From: Utricularia gibba
Lineage: Eukaryota; Plantae; Magnoliophyta
Direction of reading: 5' to 3'
DNA: 64,000 nucleotides
Assembly: GCA_002189035.1 (NCBI GenBank)
Contig: NEEC01000011.1
Coordinates: 2,108,001-2,172,000 of the forward strand
Part shown: positions 1 to 11,623 of the stretch, one piece after another
Numbering within the stretch: the first letter of the stretch is position 1
Layout: every line of letters begins with the position of its first letter
Translations under genes and position numbers: made by a program
Notes under the pieces: model-generated
Seen by the model: only the letters and a program-made list of their open reading frames with translations
What the model was told of the DNA's origin: nothing
The model's database searches: none

Positions 1-606
1 CTCGATGATTATCGCATCCATAACATCCAGAATCATCGGAATCAAAGCAGCTCTCGCCTTGGGCTTGATGTTCAGGAGCAAATCAATCAGACCCTGAAAT
101 TTCTCAGCCAAAATCAGCTCACGCATCACCGCATTCCCCTTCTCCCCCACACCCTGAAAAAGGACAACCGATTTCTGATCAAGAAATGCGTAGTAGCCTC
201 TAATGAAGTTGCTGAATGGCCAGTCCCTATCACGAGCCGAGCGCCCATCTCTAAAACAAGACAAATCGACGGGCAGCCTGCCAATTTTCCGGACGCAGGG
301 GAAGTTGGAGGTGATCAATACGTGGAGGAGATAGAGCCCTTTGAGGGCAACGATCCAATCCGTTGTCTTTTCCATGCGAAAGGAGATCGCCCAGAGAACG
401 GGCTTGAGATTCGCCGGAGAAATGGCCAGCCATTCTCGGACGCGGTCGATGCGAGGGTAGTTGAAGAAGAGGCCGTTGTGGGATGTCGCGCGAATGACGG
501 CTTTTTCGATGTCGGGGTCGCGGATCGTGGAACGGGGCGTGGCGTTGGCGAGCCAGAGGCTGTTTTTGTCCTTCAAAGCTCCGGCGGCCCTCCTCCACAG
601 CCTCAT
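1..606 (-). CDS. ANTH/ENTH-domain clathrin assembly protein (At1g25240-like); 3' part lies outside the window
   Basis: Translated by hand because it has no stop in the window and is missing from the ORF track. ATG at 606: MRLWRRAAGALKDKNSLWLA...DPDIEKAVIRATSH...WIVALKGLYLLH...IGRLPVDLSCF...FIRGYYAFLD, open to position 1. These are typical ANTH motifs. Confidence 0.9.
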   Translation of the reverse strand, partial: MRLWRRAAGALKDKNSLWLANATPRSTIRDPDIEKAVIRATSHNGLFFNYPRIDRVREWLAISPANLKPVLWAISFRMEKTTDWIVALKGLYLLHVLITSNFPCVRKIGRLPVDLSCFRDGRSARDRDWPFSNFIRGYYAFLDQKSVVLFQGVGEKGNAVMRELILAEKFQGLIDLLLNIKPKARAALIPMILDVMDAIIIE

Positions 607-931
607 TCTCCAACCGCGGGCTCCGGTAACGTCAACCTTTTGCTTTGCCTCCTTTCGTTCTTCGGGATTCACTTGTTATGGCATGGGGCTGATATTAAAA
701 ATAAAATATATATAATCATTTACCACATTTATTTAAAAATAAATTTTTGAAAATGAGAAATAAATAATAATTAATAATTAGGTATTTTGAGGCCCAGGGA
801 AAAAAAAAAGTTCGCCGCCGTTGTGGGGTGGGCCGGTCGTGGCCCCTCAGCGCTCTGTGGATTTTTTTTTCTCGAATATAAAAAATAAATAAATAAGGTG
901 ATGGAGTTTGAGATGAAAAGTGGCCGTTCCG

Positions 932-2833
932 ATGCCGGGAGGCTACTATCCGGCAACTGTCGCCGGCGTTGCCCGAGCTACGGCGGTGTCAGTTTTTCTG
1001 TTCCTTGGGTTTTATTCCTTCCTTCTCTACAGAGCTGCTGATTCCATCGGCTTCTACGGTTCATCTCACATTCGCACCCTGAGAGTAGATAGCGACCGTT
1101 GCCCTTACCTGGTGAGCTTACTTTTTTCCCTAGGATTTGTTTCTGTATCTATAATATTGTGTATACTGTGTAATAGAGTGTTCTTTTTGCTACAAGGATA
1201 TTTTTTCTCCTTGTGCTTGAAAGGATGATAGTTATGCTACGGATGATCTCGTTTTCTGGTGATCTAACTAGTTTTCCAATTTGATTTCTTTTCCTATCGT
1301 CATGTTGCTACAATGCTCGGTTTATGATGAAATTTGGTGATAGCTTTGATGCTTGTCGGAACAAATAGCGTGCTCGTACTAGAAAGACAGCTTAGACTGA
1401 GCGATTAGGGCAGCCTGAGTTTTTGGGGATTTGAGATGCTGTGTACTGGCCATAAAATTTTTTGTGTAGCTCTTTTGCGACATTAAGCAGCCATTCCGTA
1501 TTTGTAATCCACATATTACTAACGTTGATTCATAAAGCGCTTGTGGGATGTTTGCATGCGATGCCATGAGAATATCAGAAGTTTCTGTAAAACGTGGTTG
1601 ATTTCTTCACTGTTTTGTAGGACAGAGATAAATGCAGTCTTCGAAGAGTTTTACTGGATGCATCTATGCCAGAAAAGACTGTGATACTGACAACGCTCAA
1701 TGAAGCTTGGGCAGGCCCTGATTCACTTTTTGATCTTTTTCTTGAGAGCTTCAGAATCGGGAAGGGTACTCGCCATCTGCTAAATCATTTGGTGATCATT
1801 GCGTTGGATGAAGGGGCATTTTTCCATTGCACTGCAGTGCACACCTATTGCTATGCTCTCATTACTGAGGACGTTGACTTTTCACATGAGGCTTATTTCA
1901 TGACATCAGAATACCTGAAGATGATGTGGAGAAGGATCGATTTCCTAAGATCTGTTCTGGAAATGGGCTTCAACTTTGTCTTCACGGTGCGGTTTCGTTT
2001 GTCCTTACACAACTCTCTGTGTCAGCTCCGTGATTGCATGGTGTATAATTATTGTGAAAGTTTGGGAAATCTTTTGATCTTTTGTTTGATCCTCTTCCGT
2101 AGGATGCTGATGTTATGTGGTTCAGGGATCCTTTCCCTCACTTCCATCCACATGCTGATTTTCAGATGGCATGTGATCATTTCACTGGTGAACCAGAGGA
2201 TCCAAGAAATATTCCCAATGGGGGATTCAGTTTTGTAAGGTCAAATAACCGGTCTATAGGCTTTTACAAGTTTTGGCACTCTTCACGCAGAAGATTTCCA
2301 GGCTTGCACGATCAGGATGTTCTGATCAGGATTAAGAACTCCTCATATGTACGGGACATTGGAATGAAGATGAGATTCTTAGATACCGATCTGTTTGGAG
2401 GTTTTTGTGAGCCGAGCAAAGATATAACTCGAGTATGCACGATGCATGCAAATTGTTGCCTAGGATTAGGCACAAAACTTCATGATCTCAGAATCTTACT
2501 TGAAGACTGGAAGGAGTTTTTGGCTCTTCGAGGAAACGTGGATCCATATACACCTCCTTGGACTGTTCCTCAAAACTGCAGGTAATGCATGCTCATCTCA
2601 ATAACGTCTAGTATTACAATCTGCTTATCCCTGACCCGAATAATGCCGATTTTCATCCAGTATCGAGTCTCTCATCCACCCTGCAATGCAAAAACACCTT
2701 CAAAAGGAAGCAGCTTTTCTTACCTCTGAAGATAATCCTGATGATTGATCATTCTTGACTCCTTCGTAGAGATCTGTGTAGTACTGAGATGGGATTTTGT
2801 AAATACAGATCCTTGGAACAAGACTTTCCTTAG
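932..2833 (+). CDS. Nucleotide-diphospho-sugar transferase family protein (type II membrane glycosyltransferase-like)
   Basis: Exons 932-1111 (TM segment), 1621-1986 (KTVILTTLNEAWA...LKMMWRRIDFL), 2103-2581 (DADVMWFRDPF...CTMHANCC...WTVPQNC), all GT-AG. The last exon starts at 2770 or 2809 (same frame) and reaches TAG at 2831-2833; this last exon is uncertain. Confidence 0.85.
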
Positions 2834-3010
2834 AACCATGTTGAAGGAGTATGGTTACTGGATTTTGTGAACACCATAGACACCGGCATTGCTGTTATAT
2901 AAGATAGACAAAAGGGATTTTGGTGCGTTCAACCGATGCTACATGGTGTTACAGTTAGTACAAATTTGGTAAGAACTCAGCTTATTCACCACAGTGCTTT
3001 GTGCCTAGAC

Positions 3011-6000
3011 TCACACCAGCAGCAGTGATGACAATATCTCCGCCATGGTCTTATCAGGAACATCACCTTCGTTCCCCAGCTCTACACCTGACTCCAGCAC
3101 CGCAGCATCCAACCGTAGCTTCCGTTTCGCAATCTCATATACATTCTCATCCACAGTATCCTTGGTCACCAGCCTTCAGAAGCACATGTGATGAGTTGAA
3201 GCCTCAAATTGAAACAATATGAAGCTTGAAATCTGCATGTATCATGTTCCCGAGCTAACCTGTATACTGTGACAGGCTTCTTTTGGCCTATGCGGTGACA
3301 TCGATCTTCGGCTTGGCGATCGATCTGGGGATTGAAATCCATGTCGTGTATGACGACTGTATCTGCTCCAGTCAAGTTAAGGCCTTGCCCTCCAGCCCTC
3401 GTGGACAACAAGCAGGCAAATATCGAAGTGTCCTTGTTGAAGGTATCAACAATGGTCTGCCTCTCTGTGACCGGCGTACTGACATAAAGAAGGTAGGAAA
3501 GCCATGTAAGATGCTAACAATGATGATGTATCATTGAGTTTTATTCAATAGATCTAAATCTTCTAGTTATTGTCTATGTCTATTGGCATGAAAACTCCAA
3601 GGTGAATCAAACTGGAAACAAAACAACATACCCTCCATCAAGGCGTCTGTAAGTTACCCCAATGACATCCAAGGCCCATTCTAATATGTCAAGCATTGAA
3701 GTCCATTGGCTAAAGATAAGTACACGACTACCACGTCGACTTAGTTCTGGGAGAAGCTCAGCCAATGACTACACAATATTATATAAATCATCACCCTTGC
3801 TCAGAAAGATGAACTTCAAGCTTGTATTGTGTAAATGAAATTAGATGATACCCGACATTTGGCTGAAAGCATAACATGCTCATCAGAGAGGATTTGCTTC
3901 ATGTCAGAATTGCCGTAGTAAAGTAAAAGCTACATTGCACCCATTTCAACCACATCAATCATTGATAATGTCACAATTCACATGCCAACAAAGTGCATAG
4001 TGTAGGAACGGGTTAGAGAATGCATAAAAATTGAAAAAGATGTTGGTATCTGGGAAAATAATAGGTAATAATTTGGAGACATGGTTACCCGATGGATGGA
4101 GAAGTCATTGTAACTTTTAAGTTCCTCAATAACACGTTCCAGTGTGCATTCAAAACCAAACACCCCTTTGGGATGGAGCATTTTTGCGAAACGAGTAACA
4201 TCATCATTTGTGTAGATCCTTCGCACCAGCAAGGGATGATTTGCAATCTGAAATGTGATGTCACAAAGATGACCATGGACATAGTGTAAAAACCATCATT
4301 ATGATGCCATAAAGAGGTAAATAAAACTCAAGCCAAGGGGTCAAGCAACTGGACAAAAAGCATCTTTTCATTACCTTGCGAAACTCAAGAAAAAAATTAG
4401 AAATTTGGCGTTGAGGAAGCAATCGTGCTATATCTCTCTGACTTGTTTCAGAAGACTTTGTCATACGAGATTGAGATATTGCACGGTAATTTTCAATGGC
4501 TTCTTTATAAGCTCTTTTCTGTTCATTGCCCATGTTCACATACTCAACCTGCACCATAGGCAAAACCCAATTAGATCAGTGGAATGAATAAATACACAAG
4601 AAACTGCCATGTGATTACCAAGAGATGATGCAAATGATCATGAAAGACTACCGGCATACCTTTTGAATCTTTGGAACTAGCTGCTGCATTACATCTGATT
4701 TTAGTCGCCTCAATATGAATGGTCCTAAAATGGACTTCATTCTAGAAATTAAAGCTCTGTCTTCCGTATTTAAGAACTTCTTTAGGTCAACATCACCAGT
4801 TTCAAAAAGAGCAGGCACAATGAACTCCAACAATGACCACAACTCCTGCAAATGAAGAGCCACAGTCTGAAGATACCCAGATAGACGAACGAGAACAAGA
4901 TATAAAATTGGAACATCCAAAAAAAAAATCATAATAAAGACTAGTGAAATTGGGGAAGGTGCATAATTTATAGAATGGTGACGAAGTTAAAGACAGCGGC
5001 ACAATACATGCAGATCATTTTGCAATGGTGTTCCAGTGAGCATGAGGCGCTGCCGTGCATTTCTTGCCACTGACATTAAATTTTTCCACCTGTAACTGTT
5101 CTTGTCCTTCAAAGCATGAGCTTCATCCATCAGCACACAACTCCAATTCCAACTTCTTAAAATTTTGCGGTCATCTTTCTGCTGTAGGCTGAATGACTTC
5201 CAACTTCAGATTAAAAAAGCAGTAGAATATCTTCAACAAAATCAAGTATTTGCATAGAAAGGACAAACCTGTGACGCTCAAATAGAGAATAACACACAAG
5301 GATTACATCAAAGGGAGGTGGAAGCCCAGCCTTTGCTAATGAACTCAGTTCCTTAGAATAAGTTGACCTCGCAGAGCCGTGGTACTGGAGTACGGTAAAC
5401 GATGGACACCATTTTTTAAGCTCTCTTTCCCAATTTTCCAACACAGACGCAGGACTCACAACTAAATGAGGTCCAGGATCATGTTCCAAATGTTTAAGCA
5501 ATGTTAGATAAGTTATAGCCTGAGACAAGGAAAACCGTTGGTGGACTCAACAATTAAGCCGCTACTTAACACTGCTCTTGAGGAGCTCACCTGGATAGTC
5601 TTACCAAGACCCATCTCGTCAGCCAGAATAGCTGTTTTAAGGAAAGCATGAACCTTTTTCAAAATACAGTGTGAAATCCAAACTTCAAAGCACCAATAAA
5701 ATAAAAAGTACCTCCTCCAATTTTTTTTCTGTATAAAAGTAGAAGAAAGTTGACCCCGACAAGTTGGTATGGCTTCAGAATAGGCTTGAAATCTGATTCG
5801 GAAGCACCACAAGCCTCATTTACATCTTCCTGCATTCAATATGAGAAAAACTCAAAACTTGGAGACACAAGCAAAGGAGATCTTCATACCTAATGAGTTT
5901 AGGCCAATGCCTGGATCAATGGACAGAAGTTTATACCTGGGTAACAATTCTAGCAGTAGAAGAAGACAACTCCACCTCTGAGTACACATCGCAAGCAGTT

Positions 6001-6487
6001 GCATTCGTACCAAATAACTCGTGTTTCAGATCCGCTGATATCTTTTCACACTTTCGAAGTGCATTTTTTACAACATCGTCGTGTCCTTCTCCCTTATCAT
6101 CGGACAAAAAATCCTCAAAGTCACTAACATCATCGCCGTTGTTGCCGCCGTCATCACTCTCTTCAGAATCTTGAATCACAACTCGATTTCGACGACGAGT
6201 CGTCGCAAACCTAATCCCCATTCCCGCTTCCCCATCATCATCGTCCAATTCCTCACACTTCTTCACCTCCTCAGCAGCCGCATCACCAATTTCGTCTCCA
6301 GATGAGCTTTCTATGACGATAGCCCCTGTGCTACCAAAACTTTTCCGGGTTCGGGAAAAAGAAAATGACTCAATTGGAGGAGGAGGGGTTTCAGCAGGGG
6401 CTTGATAACGCGAGAGGGTTTGAAGGAATCAGAGTAGGGCGCCCATTCGTCCTCTGATAGCTCGATAAATTCCCTCTCTCGCTTCAT
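3011..6487 (-). CDS. CHR19: SNF2-family chromatin remodeler, CHR19/ETL1/SMARCAD1 type (one apparent -1 frameshift at 6397-6400)
   Basis: Spliced exons give [68 protein letters not shown] and a C-terminus ...[11 protein letters not shown] (stop at 3011-3013). Confidence 0.93.
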
Positions 6488-6741
6488 CGTTCACTCCGTT
6501 AGAGAATCAGAGAAGAGAAGGGAGGCTCGTAGAGAAAAGCTGTGAACTTGAGCTCCACCAAGTGTGGAGAGTGGGAGCGGGAGTCGGGGCCAGGCCGCCA
6601 TTTCTCACACCAACAAAGGAAAATTCACTTCGGGAAACTGCATTTTTGTCCCTATACTCATCAAAATTATGCATTTGGCTACGAGACACAGTCCTCCTTC
6701 AAAGTGGCCCCCGTCCATGTCCTCTAACTAGTCCAGCTCAT

Positions 6742-6965
6742 ACCCTCTAATCGGCCCAACCCAAACCTATTGTCCAAGCCCTATAACCGGCCCAAACCAT
6801 ATCTAATAAGATCAGCCCAAAGAAGATAAGAGACTCAGCCCACATCCTGTAATGGGCCCAACCGATACCCACCTAACTGGCCCAAAATAAACTTTAAACC
6901 ATAAACCCTCTAATCGGCCCAACCCAAACCTTATTGACCCGCCCAGTCCTCTAACTCGCCCAAAA
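6742..6965. promoter_or_regulatory. Cluster of about 9 GCCCA (site II-like) motifs upstream of CHR19, including an exact 27-bp direct repeat
   Basis: ACCCTCTAATCGGCCCAACCCAAACCT occurs at 6742-6768 and 6905-6931; GGCCCA/AGCCCA/CGCCCA recur every 20-40 bp. Confidence 0.6.
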
Positions 6966-9239
6966 ACCCCCCATCAAACCCCGTTTGCATGGCCCCTCCT
7001 GATGATGGTCCTACTAAATATCTCGGCACCGGGTGCGCGCGTATGGGGAATCCACGCCGTGGATTTTTTTTTTAAATTCTAATATTTTTAATGATTAATT
7101 TTAATAATTATTAATTAATTCATCAAAATTTTAATCAATTTATTTAATTTTCTCATATTTTTATATATCTTCATATAAAATATTCGATAATCACTTATTG
7201 ATTGTTATGATTATTTATCATTTAAAGTACCATAATCATTATTCATTCATTATCGTTTTAATTTTCGTTTCTTTTATTTTAATATTTTTTAAAAATAATT
7301 TAAATATTATAAATTGAAATTATCCCAATGCACCTATAATTTTTTAAATCACGAATCTACGTATCCGAATCCGTGAATTGATAAATCATTGCACCCGCAC
7401 CTATGTATCTTGCTTAAATATGCGACTTATGATTACATAGAAACAAAGGTACTATTTCGGGTTGATGAGTTCTTGCGTATGCATGGCTACTTGCCTTTTC
7501 TAAATTTACTTTGAATCATGCTTAGTGTTATGTCTGACCATTTTTTTATGTCCGTTGTTGATAGAAATCTGATCGAGAGTTGTGCATTATTTTCTTTTGC
7601 TGCACTAGTTTCTTCTACTGTGTTGATAAGGATGCTTCACGTTTGCCTCTTGATGCAATGCACCTCTTTATTTCGTTTTTAATCTTGTTCTTTCTGCATT
7701 ACACTTTTTTGCTCTTGGCTTGTTATGATTGGAATTCTCCCTTTCTTCCAGGCAAAAGAAGATAGTATTAGTTGTGTTCAACGTACATTCACGTTTGTTC
7801 TGCCATCATGCACATATCCAAGCACTCTTCCCTTAGAGTAGTATCATGTAGTTAAAGATCAGAGTGATGAAAATCAGACACCAAAAATGAGAAAATGATG
7901 AAAACTTTACACATGTATACATAATATTCTAAAAGATTTTTCGATCCCTTATCATTCAAGAGGTCCATTGAGAACACAATCAGCTGCTAACATGCAAGCA
8001 CTAGAGGTTTTCGGGATCTGATTTGCAACCCTCGTGCACACGTAGCCTTTTGGATTTTAGGGTCACTTTCAGAAGTCCAATACGATTTAACAAATTAGGA
8101 TGTGCACCACGCAAGATCCAACTCATCTTCAAGTTCATCAAAACTTATGTAGTGCCATTCAATATAAAGTAGTTGAAATGGATTTTGATTAGTAGTGGGA
8201 TTCCATTACCTATTCTCTAATGCCATATTTCTAACACATAGCATGGTCAATCTTCTTCCTCGCCCATGATGCATAACTTGTGGACTTGTGATGACTGATT
8301 GGGGATGCATCAACAACAACCATCCCCAGCCCGAAATCTGGTTAACAAGAGTAGGCAGGCTCTCTTTGCTTTATGTGTAAAGGGTGTGGTCCATTTACAA
8401 GAGAAGCATGAGATGTGCAAGGGCAATTACTTCTCTTGTTTTTTGCCATTAAACACTCCCTTCTTCCCCACCAAAATTGTGGTTGCCCTTAACAGAATGA
8501 TGTCATCCATTTTTGTGCTTTTGCCCTAACTCCAGGACTATGTCATTGCAGAAGTACCTTTTTCCACTCCATTGAATCCCAAACTTGAAAATGATACGAA
8601 CTGTGAGCCCCCATTAAACATCTCACCACAAAAGACAATACTTTTCCTTCGCTGTCTGCTAATATTATAGAAAAAAAGGGGTGGAAAGAAAAGCATTGAA
8701 TTACAGGTAGTTATTTTTGTAACTTTATGCTGGCTTTTTGGCATCTTCTCCTTTCCCTCTCTCTCTCCCTCTGTTTGTACATATTGCACATGCGCACTGT
8801 ACGGAAGAGTTGTGTGGTTTTTCCAGCGAAGACTGACGCACTTTTGCTTTCTGTTTCGCATTCATATCGATAATATTTTCATTTTGTGAGAACAAAATCC
8901 ATTGCTATATCGATGAATGAAGTGGAAAATAATGCTTTTAGTATTACTTGAGTGGGAGGTGGGGTTAGGGGATACGTCTGCGCCTGTGGACATCAAAGAC
9001 TAAGACTTCTCGTGGAACGGCCTGAGAAGAAGTAGCAGCGGCATCCTCCTTGTCTTCAGAATATCTGGTTCCTCCCACTGAGGATCGAAGTGGGGTGAAA
9101 CGAAAGGAATCTGATTGGAGATTAATCTCCTGCATATGCTGAATCCTTCAGTTCTGAAGGTGAAATCCATGTGATCAAATGAATGTTGATGTGAGTCTGC
9201 AAATCTAAGTGTTTTGGGGTTGTTTACAGGAAGCGAAGC

Positions 9240-11394
9240 ATGGAATCTTCAACTTGTTCATCGACTTTTGACGCAGATCCCAGATCGAATAAGGTTCCAA
9301 TGTCGGCGCCTTCTTCAGTGAAGAGGAAAAGGAATCAGCCTGGAAACCCAAGCAAGTTTTTTTTTTTTTTTTTTGGTTTTTCGTTCAAAAACCCTGTTAG
9401 CAAAACGATGGAATCATCCGAAAGATTCTTGGATAAAGAAAATGGCTGCTCTCCCTCATTTGCATGGTTTCTAATCTCTGTCCTTTTATTTTCTTTGTTT
9501 CCATCGTTGCAGATCCAAATGCAGAGGTGATTGCTTTATCTCCGAAGACGCTAATGGCGACGAACCGCTTCGTCTGCGAAGTTTGCAACAAGGGTTTTCA
9601 GAGGGAGCAGAATCTGCAGCTTCACAGAAGAGGGCACAATCTTCCATGGAAGCTGAAACAGAAAGACGATGGCGGTTCAAAGGAGTTGATCAGAAAAAAA
9701 GTGTACTTATGCCCCGAACCGACGTGCGTGCATCACGATCCGACGCGTGCATTGGGAGACTTAACTGGGATCAAGAAGCATTACTCGAGAAAACATGGCG
9801 AGAAGAAGCACAGGTGCGAGAAGTGCTCCAAGAGGTATGCTGTGCACTCCGATTGGAAAGCTCACTCCAAGGCATGCGGGACTAGGGAATACAGATGCGA
9901 CTGCGGCACCCTTTTCTCCAGGTGATCCCCCATAAACACAACACACAGTAACGCACACTTAGGGTTTGCAGACTGATCTGCAGTAGGGTAGATGCCTGGA
10001 TTAGTGTTCTTGCATTAGGGTAGTTGCTCAAGCATGTCTGCATTCTTAAATCACCATGGTTTTGAAGTTTTCACGTGAAGTGTGTTGGGGAAAGTGTCAA
10101 GAAGAAAGAGGGTTTTGTTTGTTCTTCACAGGGACGTTGGTACAGGAACAAGTATACTTCGTCTTTGATTCCCTCAACTCGTGAAGGGAGGGGGTGGTAA
10201 GATGATCCAGCAGCAGATTTTGTTGGGTTGCGAATTGTCGACGCGTTTGCATGTGTTTCTCCCTAAGCCACTCGTAGTTGCAGTCCCAAGATTCGCTTTT
10301 TCTCCATCCCTGTCTGACATTGTTGTTATTTATCTGCTGAATATTGCTATGTATTCTGGTAGTGCTTCCTGTATGTGAATGGCGTTTTCTGGTTCTGCAG
10401 GCGAGACAGTTTCATTACTCACCGGGCCTTCTGCGACGCGTTAGCGGAGGAGAGTGCGAGGAACCTGAATCATGCTCATTTAGACGACGGGAACGGGGTT
10501 GACGGCGCAGGTGCTAGCCACCACCATCTTCATCTTCTGGGAGGCCTGATGACCGCCGGAATCCAAGATCAGAACCTCTCTTTCTCAAGCAACGGCTTCT
10601 TCCGATATGCCGGAGGAACTCACCTCGACAACCTGATCGGATCAGCGTCGTCTCGGGCGCCTCCATCTTTGCAAAAGCACAGTAATGAAGAAAGCTATCA
10701 ACCCTCGCTTCATTCTCTAATGCTGCTGCAGCAGCAGCAGCCTCCCCAGCTTCATGGCAATGGATCATCTTCCAGTCTTCTGAACCTCGGGTTCTTCCCC
10801 GGCGAGAGCGGCGGCGCCGGAGAGGATCCAAGCATCTTCACATACGGTGGGCAACTTTTACACTCTAATCCCATTCTCTGGATCTAAACAGGTCATCGTA
10901 ACATTACAGGTACTGGTAGCGGCAGCATGCACATCCCGAACCCTGCCTACATTTCGGCGGCATCGCTGCTACAGAGATCAGCAATGTACGGCTCCATCAC
11001 CACAGAAAATGGCGGTTCATCTTCGCAGCTGGAACTGGGAAGCACCGAAGAGCATCAAGACTTGAAGGCACTACTAGTCTTCGAAAGAAACAACAACAGT
11101 AGCGATGTGCAGGAGATGGCGAACTCAATCGCACACTCCTCGACTTCTGTGCTCGTCCCCGGTGTGTATCATCATCACCATCGTCATCAAGAGATGGATC
11201 AGTACGCAGCAGCAGGATTTCATCCGCATGGGATGGAGTTGGGGGAAGATGGAAAGCTGACTAGGGATTTCCTTGGCGTGGGACGACAATGGAAAAGGAG
11301 GAAGACAACTGAGGATCACCTGGAAAATCCCATCTCCCAAACTTCCCAAGGGGGAACATTCAATTCGACAGACAACCCAGAGCCTAACAGCTAG
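9240..11394 (+). CDS. INDETERMINATE-DOMAIN C2H2 zinc-finger transcription factor (IDD4/5-like); in-frame TAA at 10885-10887
   Basis: Exons 9240-9351, 9513-9921 and 10401-11394. Motifs: KRKRNQPGNP-NPNAEVIALSPKTLMATNRFVCEVCNKGFQREQNLQLHRRGH...RDSFITHRAFCDALAEE; C-terminal ISAASLLQRSA (SATALLQKAA-like) and TRDFLG. Confidence 0.9.
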
Positions 11395-11623
11395 TACCTT
11401 AGCTTTTTGTTCTTGTTCTCAATTCGGAGGTGTCAGGAGAAAGAAGGGAGAACATGAATTTGTTTCCTGAATTTGATGGCTGTCAAACTAAGAGATGTTT
11501 GGATCATTTATATTTTGTCAAGATCAGAATAGAAGCAATGATCATTTCTCCAAGAAATATGAGAAAAGGTTTCTACAGATTCTGGATAACAAGAACACTA
11601 ACCAAGGATGAGATATAGATCAT

